From Octopus vulgaris (taxonomy: Eukaryota): a stretch of 64,000 nt of DNA. Position 1 is the stretch's first letter, and the number at the start of each line of letters is the position of its first letter. Made by a program: the position numbers and the translations under genes. Below the pieces are notes generated by a model, which made no database searches, was not told the DNA's origin, and was given only the letters and a program-made list of their open reading frames with translations. Where the stretch lies: NCBI GenBank assembly GCA_951406725.2, contig OX597822.1:94798001-94862000 (forward strand), read 5' to 3'. Below are positions 14,305 to 26,820 of this stretch, piece after piece.

Positions 14305-14540
14305 TGGTTTCAAACTCTGGCACAAGGCCAACAATTTTGGGGGATGAGATAAGTTGATTACATCAATCCCAGAGTTTAACTGGTATCTATTTTATCAACC
14401 CCAAAAATAACGAAAGGCAAAGTTGGCCTTGGTGGAATTTGAACTAGGAAAGTGAAGACAGATGAAATACACCTAAGCATTTTGCCTGGCATGCTAACAA
14501 TTCAGCCAGCTTGCAGCCTTAGTAATAATACTAAGAAATA

Positions 14541-14890
14541 ATAGAGTGGTTGTATACTGTCAACTTAACGTGACAGTAAGGGAATTACACCACCGCTGTT
14601 TAGCCCTAGGAAGCATCGACACTTCCTGTCGGCCTCGACACATTTCCTGTGTCCTTATATATTTACGAAGGGGAGACAAATACCCCCAACAGCTGTCTCC
14701 CCTTCGTAAATATATAAGGACACAGAAAATGTATCAAAACCGACAAGAAGCGTCGATGCTTCCTAGGGCTAAACAGCGGTGGTGTGATTCCTTTTACGGG
14801 ACTGTCACGTTAAGTTGACAGTATACAACCACTCTATCGCCCCACCACCGTACATATCTCTATGAGATATTTAGAAATTTAATATTTCTG
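14541..14890. mobile_element. Foldback MITE (about 135-bp arms, 14541-14836)
   Basis: Inverted arms around about 14680-14692. A right-arm homolog lies at about 7470-7665, and related termini bound the MITE at 22431-22875. Confidence 0.75.
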
Positions 14891-14895
14891 ATAAG

Positions 14896-15233
<338 letters not shown>

Positions 15234-15270
15234 TTGAAAGCAAAAATTAAACAAGGAAAAAAAAACTCAC

Positions 15271-15348
15271 TCTAGCAAGACCATTTAACAATTGCGAATA
15301 TCCAATACCATGTTCTTGACAAGCAGCATTGAGCCTGATCATAAATAA
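15271..15348 (-). CDS. MRPL20: MRPL20 coding exon 3 (LFMIRLNAACQEHGIGYSQLLNGLAR)
   Basis: TTTTCAG acceptor, 78 nt, GTGAGT donor. RxNAAxxEHGxxY motif of bL20. Confidence 0.95.
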
Positions 15349-15769
15349 CTGAAAATGTGCAGAAAGGAAAAAAAAATTTTGTTTCTTTTGAGAAAAATGA
15401 AGAACTTTAGACAAAACTGCTGTGCTGTAAGTTATAAAATATCAACATTTAATGTAGGGCTGCCCAATGAGGAAATATCTAGGTCAGCTAGAAATAAGAA
15501 CTAGTTCCCTTTCAAATTACACTGTGCTGCAGTAGTTCTCAAAATACTACACACTGCAAGTAGTATTTAGTTGTTCCATGGATTTTTAAAGCTATAATTT
15601 AAAGATTTCAGAAAATCCATACTAAATATGAAACATTCTGGAAAAATGTATTATTCATAATTTTGTTATACACAAACATGAGTAATAAAACAAGATAAAC
15701 AACTATATTTTCCTAAATTTTAAACAATATTTTCTTAACAATTTCTAGCTCTTCCTCACTCACTCACTT

Positions 15770-15802
<33 letters not shown>

Positions 15803-16683
15803 TTTTCACTCTTCTGTTTTCTCTTTTTCTCACCCTCTTATTCATGTAGCTTTTATTCAATCTCTTTACCAGAAACAGTTATGTAGCTGCTTATCACTTT
15901 TTTTCCTCTTTTCTATTACTCCTTTCACTAACACCCTTTCAATTTATTCCTTTAATGACACCCCCTTCTATTACCCCCTCAGTCATTCTATTCAATCACC
16001 TTACCAACAACCATCACGTAACTCTATCCCTCATCTTCTTCATTATTCACTCTTTTATTATCCTCTCTCACTCTCTCCTTCATCCACTATCATCTCTCTT
16101 CTATCACCCTCACACTGATTCTCTTCTGATACTCTTTCTTCTATCATCCTTTTTCCTTTTACTCTGGCTCTTTTCCAATTCAGTTGTAATAGATAGAAAG
16201 AAAGGAAGACAACAGAAGGAAGAAGAGACTCTCTTTAGTCTTGTTAGAGTAAGACAACTTCTCTGATGTCAGTAATAGAAGCAATGTAGGCTAGAGAGAA
16301 CTCTTTAGTCAAATTAAGGACAAGACAGCCTCTCTAGCATTAAGTATATTTTGTAAAGTGGCTGGTGAAGGAGTGATGTCAACATAGGGTCTGGAAGACT
16401 ATCTGGTCTTGTCCTGGACACGACACTTTTAGTGGTGATGCTATGCAATCTGTAAAGTGGTTGAAAGGACCTCTGGCTGTACAAAACATACCAACAATGG
16501 AACCCTACAAGTAAGGATGGTTCCAAACCCATCAAGCAGAGTAGTAGTTCTAAATAACAACCAACTCAAATTATGCTGACTCATCCAACCCATGCCAACA
16601 TGCAAAAGCAGATGTAAAAGTGGTAACGATAATGATGATGATAAACAACATATATTATAAAGTGACAATTTTGATAACCTTAC

Positions 16684-16794
16684 CTCTTTGGCATCAGCTT
16701 TTTTCAGCCGTCTACCCCAGGTAGAATAACGTAAAGCTCTATGTACATAGCGGATGGAAATGGAATAACAGTTCCTTTTACGACCAAAGAAATG
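16684..16794 (-). CDS. MRPL20: MRPL20 coding exon 2 (HFFGRKRNCYSISIRYVHRALRYSTWGRRLKKADAKE)
   Basis: Polypyrimidine tract plus CAG acceptor, 111 nt, GTAAGG donor. Contains the bL20 HFxGRKxxCY and RxLKK motifs. Confidence 0.95.
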
Positions 16795-17578
16795 CTGGAA
16801 ACAGAAAAGAGAAGTTGAGAAAGTAAAAAGAGATGTAACTTATGAAAACAAAAAGACATTCAATAATGCATTTATTGAAGAATACAACAGACAAAAGATG
16901 GCTTCTTAAGTCTTTTATTTGATCAAAGAAAGAATATGGCATTGCCAAAGCATTTGAGTGAGATTAGTTAATACTTAATACCACCATTATTATTCATTGT
17001 CCCCACTACACTCACGGAGTGGTTGGCGTTAGGAAGGGCATCCAGCTGTAGAAACACTGCCAGATCAGACTGGGCCTGGTGCAGCCTCCTGGCTTCCCAG
17101 ACCCCGGTCGAACCGTCCAACCCATGCAAGCATGGAAAACGGACGTTAAACAATGATGAGGATTTGTGTTGTGTGGCCTAGTGGTTAAGGTGTTAGATTC
17201 AAAATCATAAGATAGTGGGTTAGAGAAGGTGGTTTGTTGTATCCTTAAGAACTTGCTCCTAGATGTGTATCAAAGAGGCCCACCATTGTGTGGACAAATC
17301 CTGATTTCATGCGAACCAGTGCCCTTTGCTTAAGGATTAAAAGGCCTTATGCCTGAAGTGTAAGCTTGGGAGAGCAGGAGAGCAGTAGAGTGAACTAGAA
17401 ATAAACTAGCAGAAGGCAAATGGAAACTAATTCTACGTCTGTCCCAAGAAAAATATTGAATCCTCAGATATTGGCGTGGAGGTCCTTGATTGCCAGTGTC
17501 ATAAAGCATAACATTTTCCTTTTCAGTTGCTTCCCTTACCTGGCTCATCAATTTTATCTCCCCTCAATACTAGTATAT

Positions 17579-17810
17579 GTTTCTTTATTACCCACAAGGG
17601 GCTACACACAGAGGGGACAAACAAGAACAGACAAACGAATAAACTCGATTATATCGACCCCAGTGCCTAACTGGTACTTAATTTATCGACCCCCGAAAGG
17701 ATGAAAGGCAAAGTCGACCTCGGCGGAATTTGAACTCGGAACGTAACGACAGGCGAAATACGGCTACGCATTTCGCCCGGCGTGCTAACGTTTCTGCCAG
17801 CTCGCCACTT
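17579..17810 (-). mobile_element. SINE family A
   Basis: 12-bp TSD AATACTAGTATA. Confidence 0.88.
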
Positions 17811-18596
17811 TAATACTAGTATAATCTCACTGCACACCATTTAAGTTAGTGCATGCATAACTAAACTATTCAGTTACACAGACTTCCAGCTAGTTACCTT
17901 TTCATAGACGACTTGCAGATGTTTAGGTTAAACATCAGCTACAACAATCCTACATGTCTAGAAGGACACGTAAAGGTCATAAGCACCATCTCACTTTCTT
18001 TGTCTACTGATCTTGTTAATTTTACTACCCTTACTAGTTATTAAGCTGTTATTTTTAATTATCTGCTATTTTCACTAAACAGACATGTGCATTATATATC
18101 CAGAATGGATTGACTGCAATCAAATGACTGAAACAAGTAAATGAATAAAAGAATGTGTGTGCGTGTGTGTGTGTGTGTAGTAGTAGTAGTAGTGAAGGTA
18201 AATGATTAGTTGTGGCAGGACTATGGCATTTAAATCAATTTAATTCAATCTAAAGATAGTAAAATAATACAAAACTGGTAAAGATAGTAAAGATCTCTAC
18301 TATCTTTGCCAATTTTGTATTATTTTACTATTTTTAAACTGAATTAAATGAGTTTAAATGCCATAATCCTGCCTTGATTAACTGTTTGCCTTTCACACAA
18401 CTTTAACCGATACCTACTCATTCAAAAGTAAGTGACCAATTGCCAGTTTTTTTTGGGGGGGGGGATTAACAAGACATTCACACAATCACAACTCCAGTGG
18501 CTGTTCTAACTGGAATTTTAGTGGATTACCTATTGGAGCACTCAGAAAGCATACCTATTAGTTTGGGTTACCTTGACCTAAATTCCTTATATCTTA

Positions 18597-18719
18597 CATA
18601 TATATATATATACATATATATATATACATATATATATATACATATATACATATACACATATACATATACATATATACATATACACATATATATATATACA
18701 TATATACATATACCTATAT

Positions 18720-18750
<31 letters not shown>

Positions 18751-18751
18751 C

Positions 18752-18806
<55 letters not shown>

Positions 18807-18828
18807 ATGACACATACATACACACACA
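18597..18828. repeat. TA/CA/TG microsatellite
   Basis: Seen directly. Confidence 0.95.
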
Positions 18829-18984
18829 GAGTGGCTGTGTGGCAAGTAGTTTGCTAAACAACCACATGGTCTCCGGGTTCAGTCCCACTGCGTGGCATGT
18901 CAGGCAAGTTTCTTCTACTATAGCCTCAAGCCGACCAAAGCCTTGTGAGTGGATTTGGCAGACAGAAAGTGAAGGAAGCCTGTC

Positions 18985-19018
<34 letters not shown>

Positions 19019-19019
<1 letters not shown>

Positions 19020-19265
19020 CCAGGTCTGATCAATAAGTATCTAGACTGTTGACATAGTAACGAAGCTAAAGCACACAGAGTGAAGCTGCTTGGCAAAGAT
19101 TGACCTTGAACTCTGCTATGCATGCACACTAAGTTTTAAAATTCAGCTCACTTCTGCTGTTTACAGCAGTGTTTGGAAGGAAGGTGTGTAGCATATGACC
19201 ATCACATTGACCATGACAGAGAAAGTTGTCATGGTGATACCTGCTCAGACGCCTATGCAAAGGTG
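19019..19265 (+). mobile_element. Possible mariner-like 5' fragment
   Basis: TA|CCAGGTCTGATCAATAAGTATC resembles mariner TIR starts; no partner TIR seen. Confidence 0.4.
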
Positions 19266-19505
19266 CAAAAAGGGTATTGAGAGGAGTGTATGAGTTGCAT
19301 ATATATATCTTGTTTGCAATGCAGCCACCCTTTCCCGCCCCCACCACCAGTACCGGAAATCCCTGCTCTTATACTGCTAATCTCTTCTCTTATCCCAGTA
19401 ATCTCTTCCCTTATACCGAAAACTCCTACAGGCCTCTGCCTCACTCCTGCACCAGAAGATCATACCTCTGTCCCTCCCTTCCTTCCAAACCATCTTCCTC
19501 TCACC

Positions 19506-19540
<35 letters not shown>

Positions 19541-19543
19541 AAA

Positions 19544-20345
19544 CTAGCTAAAGGTGACCCGCTCTGCGCGCGGGTAAGAGTGTGGTTGTTACTTTCTGTT
19601 GCTTCCTTTCAGCACGTAAAAAGCACCATACGAACGTGGCCGATTGCAGCCTTGACTGACTTCTGTGCTGGTGGCACGTAAAAAGAACCAACCAATCATG
19701 GCCACTTCCAGCCCCCCTGGCACCTGTGCCGGCGGCACGAAAAAAGCACCCACTACACTCACAGAGTGGTTGGCGTTAGGGAGGGCATCCACCTGTAGAA
19801 ACACTGCCAGATCAGACTGGAGCCTGGTGCAGCCTCCTGGCTTCCCAGACCCCAGTCAAACTGTCCAACCCATGCTAGCACGGAAAACGGACGTTAAACG
19901 ATGAAGATGATGATGATTCTTCCTCTTTGTTTCTCTCTCCTTTCTCTCTCACTTTCCCACTCTTACTTTTCTTTTCTCTCGGACAATCCCTCGCTTTCTC
20001 TTACTCTCTATCTTATTCTATCTCTCTCCCATTTATAAACAACAAAAGATCTTGAGTAAGTTGAGAAATAAAATATTTAGAAAGATCAATCATAAATATC
20101 AGGCAGTGGCAACGGAAAGGTCTGCTTCAAGGCAGACAGCAAAACACTAACATTTAAAAGGGACAGACGAACTTGCGAGCTGAATAAAAATAAAATATTG
20201 GAAACCAAAGTTTGAAGGGATAGAATCTGAGGATAGTAGAGTCACCATGGCTGTCATTTCTTAACATGGACAGCAACGTATTGACAGTTTAACGGCTGGC
20301 GTAAAATTTTGAACTTGATGTAAAAGAAAATTCCTAAACACTCAA
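19544..20345 (-). mobile_element. Second copy of the Helitron 3' part
   Basis: Direct repeat of about 20423-21205 with the same hairpin and CTAG|T end. Confidence 0.75.
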
Positions 20346-20422
20346 GTGCTTTCTATTTGTTGAGTGTGAATCCCATTTTGCTAATTTACAGACTATATAT
20401 ATATATATATATATATATAAAA

Positions 20423-22430
20423 CTAGCTAAAGGTGACCCGCTCTGCGCGCGGGTAAGAGTGTGGTTGTTACTTTCTGTTGCTTCCTTTCAGCACGTAAAA
20501 AGCACCATACGAACGTGATTGCCGTTGACACCTGTGCCGGTGGCATAAAAAGCGTGGCCACTGCCAGCCCCCCTGGCACCTGTGCCGGCGGCACGAAAAA
20601 AGCACCCACTACACTCACAGAGTGGTTGGCGTTAGGGAGGGCATCCACCTGTAGAAACACTGCCAGATCAGACTGGAGCCTGGTGCAGCCTCCTGGCTTC
20701 CCAGACCCCAGTCAAACTGTCCAACCCATGCTAGCACAGAAAACGGACATTAAACGATGATGATGATGATGATTCTCCCTCTTTGTTTCTCTCTCCTTTC
20801 TCTCTCACTTTCCCACTCTCTTACTTTTCTTTTCTCTCGGACAATCCCTCGCTTTCTCTTACTCTCTATCTTATTCTATCTCTCTCCCATTTATAAACAA
20901 CAAAAGATCTTGAGTAAGTTGAGAAATAAAATATTTAGAAAGATCAATCATAAATATCAGGCAGTGGCAACGGAAAGGTGTGCTTCAAGGCAGACAGCAA
21001 AACACTAACATTTAAAAGGGACAGACGAACTTGCGAGCTGAATAAAAATTTTAAAAATATTGGTTTCCAAAGTTTGAAGGGATAGAATCTGAGGATAGTA
21101 GAGTCACCATGGCTGGCATTTCTTAACGACGGACAGCAACGTAGTAGCAGCTTAACGGCTGGCGTAAAATTTTGAACTTGATGTAAAATAAAATTCCTAA
21201 ACACCAAGTTTTGAAGTGATTCTTTTTCACGACAGTAGACTCACCATGGCAAGCATTCAAAACTTCTTCATCATGGACGGCAACACATTGACGATTAAAA
21301 GGCTGGCGCATATTTTTTAGCTTGATGTAACAGAGAATTCCTAAACACCCGCTCCTTTAAATTTTAATCCCCTTCCAGCCCCATTTAGACCCCTTTTCAC
21401 ATTTTGGTCAATATAACCCAATTTCATTCGGGTCTACTGGGGCCACATTTTATAAGATGAGGAATTTTGTCCTAGAGGTCACGCCTTTCATTTGAGGAAA
21501 AAAATAGTTGTCATGCAAACTTGCCAGCACTTTTAACATAGTTGTGCATATTTTCAGCTCAACCGACCACATAATGCACACATTATATATATATATGCGA
21601 AGATATGTTGGGGCAAGCGAAATCGAATTGAACCAGCCAGGATCCCTGGTCTGGTGGCAATTATTAAGGTCTACATATTTTGAAAAGCACCCACTACACT
21701 CAGCCTCGTGGTGCAGGTGGCACGTAAAAAGCACCCACTACACTCACGGAGTGGTTGGCGTTAGGAAGGGCATCCAGCTGTAGAAACATTGCCAGATAAG
21801 ACTGGAGCCTGGTGCAGCCTTCTGGCTTCCCAGATCCCCGGTCAAACCGTCCAACCCATGCTAGCATGGAGAACGGACGTTAAACGATGATGATGATGAT
21901 GATATATATGTATATATATGTGTGTGTGTGTGTGTGTGCATGCATTATATATACATATTATATATATGTATAAATTAAATTAGAGATAAAACCACTAATA
22001 GGCAAATCAAACAGTGAAAAACAAAAAACAAAAACATAAAAATAAAAATATAATATACAAAATATATAAAATATAAAATTGAAAAATTGAGATATAGAAC
22101 GCCGTTTGACGAAGCTATAAAGAGAAAGTGAAGGGGAGTTAGATGCCGTTATCAACGTTATATATAGAAAGTGATGGGAAGGGAGGAAATAGAGTGAGTG
22201 ACAGAGGAAGACAGATACATAAAAGAATGGGAGTCGACTTGTCAAAGTGCGTTTTTGGACGTAGCAACGACACCTTTTAAGATAGGGATTTCTAACCTAG
22301 CCCACTAACACCCTCACCTCATTTTACATGTCCCTGTAAATTTTGGAGTCAATCCGACGGTATCTAGTGGCCTTGAAAACGTTCCAGACAAACAAACAAA
22401 CTTTTCACATTTCAGTTTTATAAATAGAGA
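20423..22430 (-). mobile_element. Non-autonomous Helitron
   Basis: On the minus strand: A|TCTCTATTTATAAAACTG 5' end, subterminal hairpin ACCCGC-N7-GCGGGT (20436-20454), CTAG|T 3' end, no TSD. Confidence 0.78.
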
Positions 22431-22875
22431 TTAGAAACATTGCATTTCTAAATCTCTCAAAGAGACTTATACAGCAGCATCATGATAAAGTGATGGTTTG
22501 TTACCAACTTAATGTGCTAGCTGTTGATAGTTATTTGCCTTTGAAAACTTATAGAATTTCAAGTGGAATAAATTCACTGATCTACAAAATTAGCAAGCCA
22601 AGCTACTCCAGATTGATGAAGAGCAACAACTCTGGAACTAGTCTCTGAATGCTGGCTTTGCTGGGTGGAGATGCTTATCTCCCCTGTTTGAAAACTTAAG
22701 GACACAGAACGCTTGTGACACATAGCCAACTGGAAACAATGCTTCCTGGGGCGAAATAGCAGTAGCATTCTTCCATTTCCTGGGATTGCCACATTAAGTT
22801 GGCAAAAAACCATCACTTTATCCTGCTGCTACTGTATAAGTCTCCCTGAGATATTTAGAAATGCAATATTTCTAA
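22431..22875. mobile_element. MITE with about 45-bp TIRs
   Basis: TTAGAAACATTGCATTTCTAAAT... / ...ATTTAGAAATGCAATATTTCTAA. Confidence 0.65.
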
Positions 22876-22939
22876 TTTTGTAAATCAGTGAATTTATTTC
22901 ACTTGAAATTCTATAAGTTTTGAGAGGCGAATAAGCATC

Positions 22940-24806
22940 AACAGCTAGCAACCCACTTTGTTTTTTGTTGTTTTTTGGGAGGAGTCTAGCCAAATTTTTG
23001 AGCGAAGCCACCATTGTTGGGCAGCAGTGAAACAATTGAAAAAAATGAAGAGTTATGCAGAGGCTACTGGAGGTCAAGATGCTATAGACCCAAGTGTGCT
23101 GAAGCTGAAGAAGATGGAGTGGAATGAGAAGATAGCCAAATATTATGGTATGATAGAAAAAGAAGGGTCAAGCATAAAAATGACCCTGCCAGAGGAGGAA
23201 AAAGAAACATGGAAAACAAGACGGTCATATTCAGAACATTTTCGAATGAAAATAGGAGAATAGAACACGTGCCGCAGGAAGAGATAGAGGAAATATTAAA
23301 GGAACAAATAGGTAAAGGGACAACTTTCTTTACAAGAGGAAGGAAATATGCAACTATAATAGTAACCTTTGCATCAGAAGAGGAGGTGAAAATAAACGAC
23401 AACAGGCTGGTATTTGGAGAGAAATGGACGTTAATGCCAAACTGTTTGGGCAAAAAAATCGTTAAGATTAGGGTGGGAAGAATCCCACTGTTGATAGACC
23501 CAGAATGGGTAATGGCTGCAATTTTTAATTCAGAGCTGAGAAAGGGAAGTGAAGACCCGAAGATTGGCATAATAAGCCAAATACAACAAATGAAATGATG
23601 GGGCTATGGTATACAGATAAACAAGGCGGCGAGCTGGCAGAAACGTTATTTCGTCTGCGTTACGTTGTGAGTTCAAATTCCGCCGAGGTCGACTTTGCCT
23701 TTCATCCTTTCGGGGTCGATAAATTAAGTACCAGTTACGCACTGGGGTCGATGTAATCGACTTAAGACCTATGTCTGTCCTTGTTTGTCCCCTCTGTATT
23801 TAGCCCTTGTGGGTAATAAAGAAATAGGTATACAGATAAACTGTGCAGTGAGCCTGAAATATTACCACAAAATGGCAGAAATTTTGGAATTATCAAATGG
23901 AGAAAAGCTGGAAATAATGTTGAAAGGGAGACCCCCAAAGTGTTACAGATGTGGTGAAAGAGGGCACTTGAGAAGGAAATGCCCTAGAGCAGCAGTGGAA
24001 ATGGTAGAAGAGAGTATTCACGAAGATATTATGGTAGAAAAAAAGCAGAAACAGAAAACAGAACATGACGGAAATTTTGTGGAGGTGAAATTAAGGAAAA
24101 GAGAGAGAAGGAAGTCACCAACGACAGTGGAATCGAAGGAGTGTAAAGCAATGGAAGAGGAAAGCCAACCCACGATGAGAAACAGAGAAAATTTACCAGT
24201 AAAGGACTTACAAGTACAGAGTCATTCAGACCAGAAACAAGACAATCCAGAATTACAGAAACCTAAAGACACAGACATACAGGTGAAACACGTAGAATTA
24301 CAGTCAAATGAATACACAGACACACAAATACACGAACACAGATGCAATTACAAGAAATTCAAAAACAGCAGAAATATAGACAACATGAAAAAACAAAAAG
24401 AAAAAAAGGAAAAACAAGTAAATTTTGCAACTGTTGATTGAACAGGTTTCCAAAAGTTTTTTTAAAATACTGTGAAAAACATTTGGTTGACTCTTTGGTT
24501 TAAAAAAGGAAAAGAAAACAAATAAATCCTGTATGAACATTTGTTTAAAAGGTCTATAATTGTAGGGTAAAAACGAAAAGAGCAGTTGTGGTTTCGCCTG
24601 GGAGCAAGACTAGAAGTTGTTATGTAAAATGTAAAGGTTTTCAGGAAAAGGAATCCACAGTTTCATCTCGCAATGGGAGCAAAATGGCCGTCTCATTTGC
24701 ATTGTAATTTTATTCATTTCACATTCATCCTTTCTTGTGTATTTCGTTCTTGTATGTCTTTGTATGTCCCCTCTTTAATTAGGCCTTGTGCCTGTAATAA
24801 AGAATT
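22940..24806 (+). mobile_element. Degenerate ORF1(gag-like)-only non-LTR retroelement, copy 1
   Basis: Frameshifted ORF with RRM-like GRKYATIIVTF and zinc knuckle CYRCGERGHLRRKC (CX2CX4HX4C). No RT before the 3' tail ending GTAATAAAGAA. Confidence 0.75.
23623..23826 (+). mobile_element. SINE family A inserted into the ORF1-like element
   Basis: 15-bp TSD GGTATACAGATAAAC (23608-23622 / 23827-23841). Confidence 0.9.
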
Positions 24807-25935
24807 AAGCTAGCATGTCACTTGTTTTGTTGTTTTTGAAGAACTCTAACAGAATTTTTTTGTGCAAAGCCAACATTGTTAGGTGGTAGTGAATAATTGA
24901 GAAAAAAGAGAAGTTATCCAGAAGTTACTGGAGGTCGAGTTCCCCTAGACCCAAGTGTGCTGAAACAAGAGATGGTAGAATGCAAAAGTGAGCTAATAGA
25001 AAAATATAGTAGTATGGTGGAGAAGGAAGGGTCAAATGTAAAACTGACCCTACCAGAGGAGGAAAAAGCGAAAATGGAAAAGAAGACAGTAATATTCGGA
25101 ACATTTTCAAATAAAAACAGAAGAATTGAAAAAGTGCCGCAGGAAGAAATAGAAGAAATTTTGGGAAGACATATAGGAGACAGCATAGTGTTCTTTACAA
25201 GAGGAAAGAGATACGCATCTATATTGGTAACCTTTCTATCAGAAGAGGAGGTGGAAAAATCCTCCAACAGGATGATACAGGGAGAGGAAATGGACACTGA
25301 TGCCAAACTGTTTGGATAAACAAATTGTCAGAATTAGAGTGGGAAGAATCCCACCATCGATAGATCCAGAGTGGATAATAGTGGCGATTTTTTATTCGTA
25401 GATAAGGAAAGAAAGTGAAGAGGTGAAGATAGGCATGATAAGCCGAACACAACAAGTGAAGCGGTGGAGCTACAGATTAGATATGATTTGTGCAGTGAGC
25501 CAGAAATATTGCAACGAAATACCTCAAACTTTAGAGCTACCAAATGAAGAAAAGCTGGAGATAATGTTGGAGGGGAGACCCCCAAAGTGTTATGAATGTG
25601 GTGGTGAAAGAGGGCACTTGAAAAAAAATGCCCTAGAGCAGCAGTGGAAATTGTAGATGAGAGTATTCAGAATATAATGATGGAGAAACAGCAGAAACAG
25701 ATAACAGAACAAGAAGGTGATTTTGCAGAGGTGAAAGCAAGAAAAAGAGAGAGGAGAAAGTCACCAATGATAGTGGAACTGAAGAAGTACAAAGCAATGA
25801 AAGAGGTAACCCAACCTATAACAAGAAACGGGGAAATTTCACCAGCAGGATCACCAGTAAAGGACTCAAAACTACAAAAGCATTCAGACCCACAGACACT
25901 CAAACAATTATAGAGTAAAGAATAGGGCACCAAAT
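24807..25935 (+). mobile_element. ORF1-like retroelement, copy 2 (diverged, 3'-truncated)
   Basis: Homologous leader and ORF (DPSVLK, KLTLPEEEK, GRPPKCYEC), head-to-tail with copy 1. Confidence 0.75.
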
Positions 25936-25940
25936 TTTCT

Positions 25941-26167
25941 TTAACCCTTTAGTATTTAAACCGACCATATCCGGCCAAAATATTTAATCTGTTTTATGTT
26001 CAAACTGACCAGATCCAGACTCTCACACCTACCCTACAATGTTATTCTACATTTGGCAATTACACCATCAAGATCTTGAAGATATGGGATAATGCATGAT
26101 TAATTCAAATCAATGTGAATCAATAAACATTATGTTTGATAGAATAATCTGAACACTAAAGGGTTAA
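25941..26167. mobile_element. piggyBac-type MITE (TTAA|CCCTTTAG...CTAAAGGG|TTAA)
   Basis: TIRs and TTAA flanks seen. Related copies at 8222-8390 (partial) and 31379-31960 (with nested RTE-A tail). Confidence 0.75.
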
Positions 26168-26189
26168 TTCACTGAGTAGGCATAGATAT

Positions 26190-26820
26190 GAAAAAAATCA
26201 TGAAACACTTTCAATTTGATAATGTTTCTACTCGAAATGAAAGAAGACAGAAACAAATTTTGCTTGACTTCTGGGATATGAGTTTCATTTATTGAAAATT
26301 GTCAAAAATTCTATACTGCAAACACTGATTTGAGAATTGATGAGCAAAACTATTCCCATGTACAAAGGTGTCCTTCCAATCAATGTATGCCATGTTAGTC
26401 AGATAAATATGGTATAAAGTTTTGTCTCTTGGTTGATGTTGATTCAAAATACCTTTGCAATGGAAAACCATATCTTGGAAAAGAACCAGAACATAAGAAA
26501 GAAAAGGATCTTTCAGCAGATGCATACCTTTCACTCATGAAACCTCTTTTTTTGTTCAAAAAGGGTTACAATGTTATAACCGATAATTATTTCACTAGCC
26601 TAAAGCTTGCCAAAAATTTCAAGGAGGAAAAGACAAGCCTTTTAGGGGACAATCAGAAAACAACGAAGAGAAGTTCCTTCAACAGAAAAGATGATGAAAG
26701 ATAAGCCCCTTTTCTCTTCTGAAATTTATTCTCCCCCTTCAGGATGCTCAATGACAGTTTATAAAGCAAAGAAAAGAAAGATTGTCTACATTCTTAGTTC
26801 TATGCAAAAAAGTGTATATG
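26190..26820 (+). pseudogene. Degenerate piggyBac (PGBD-like) transposase fragment
   Basis: IDEQ, DKYGIKF, VDVDSKYLCNGKPYLGK and TDNYFTSLKLA motifs across frameshifts. Confidence 0.85.
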
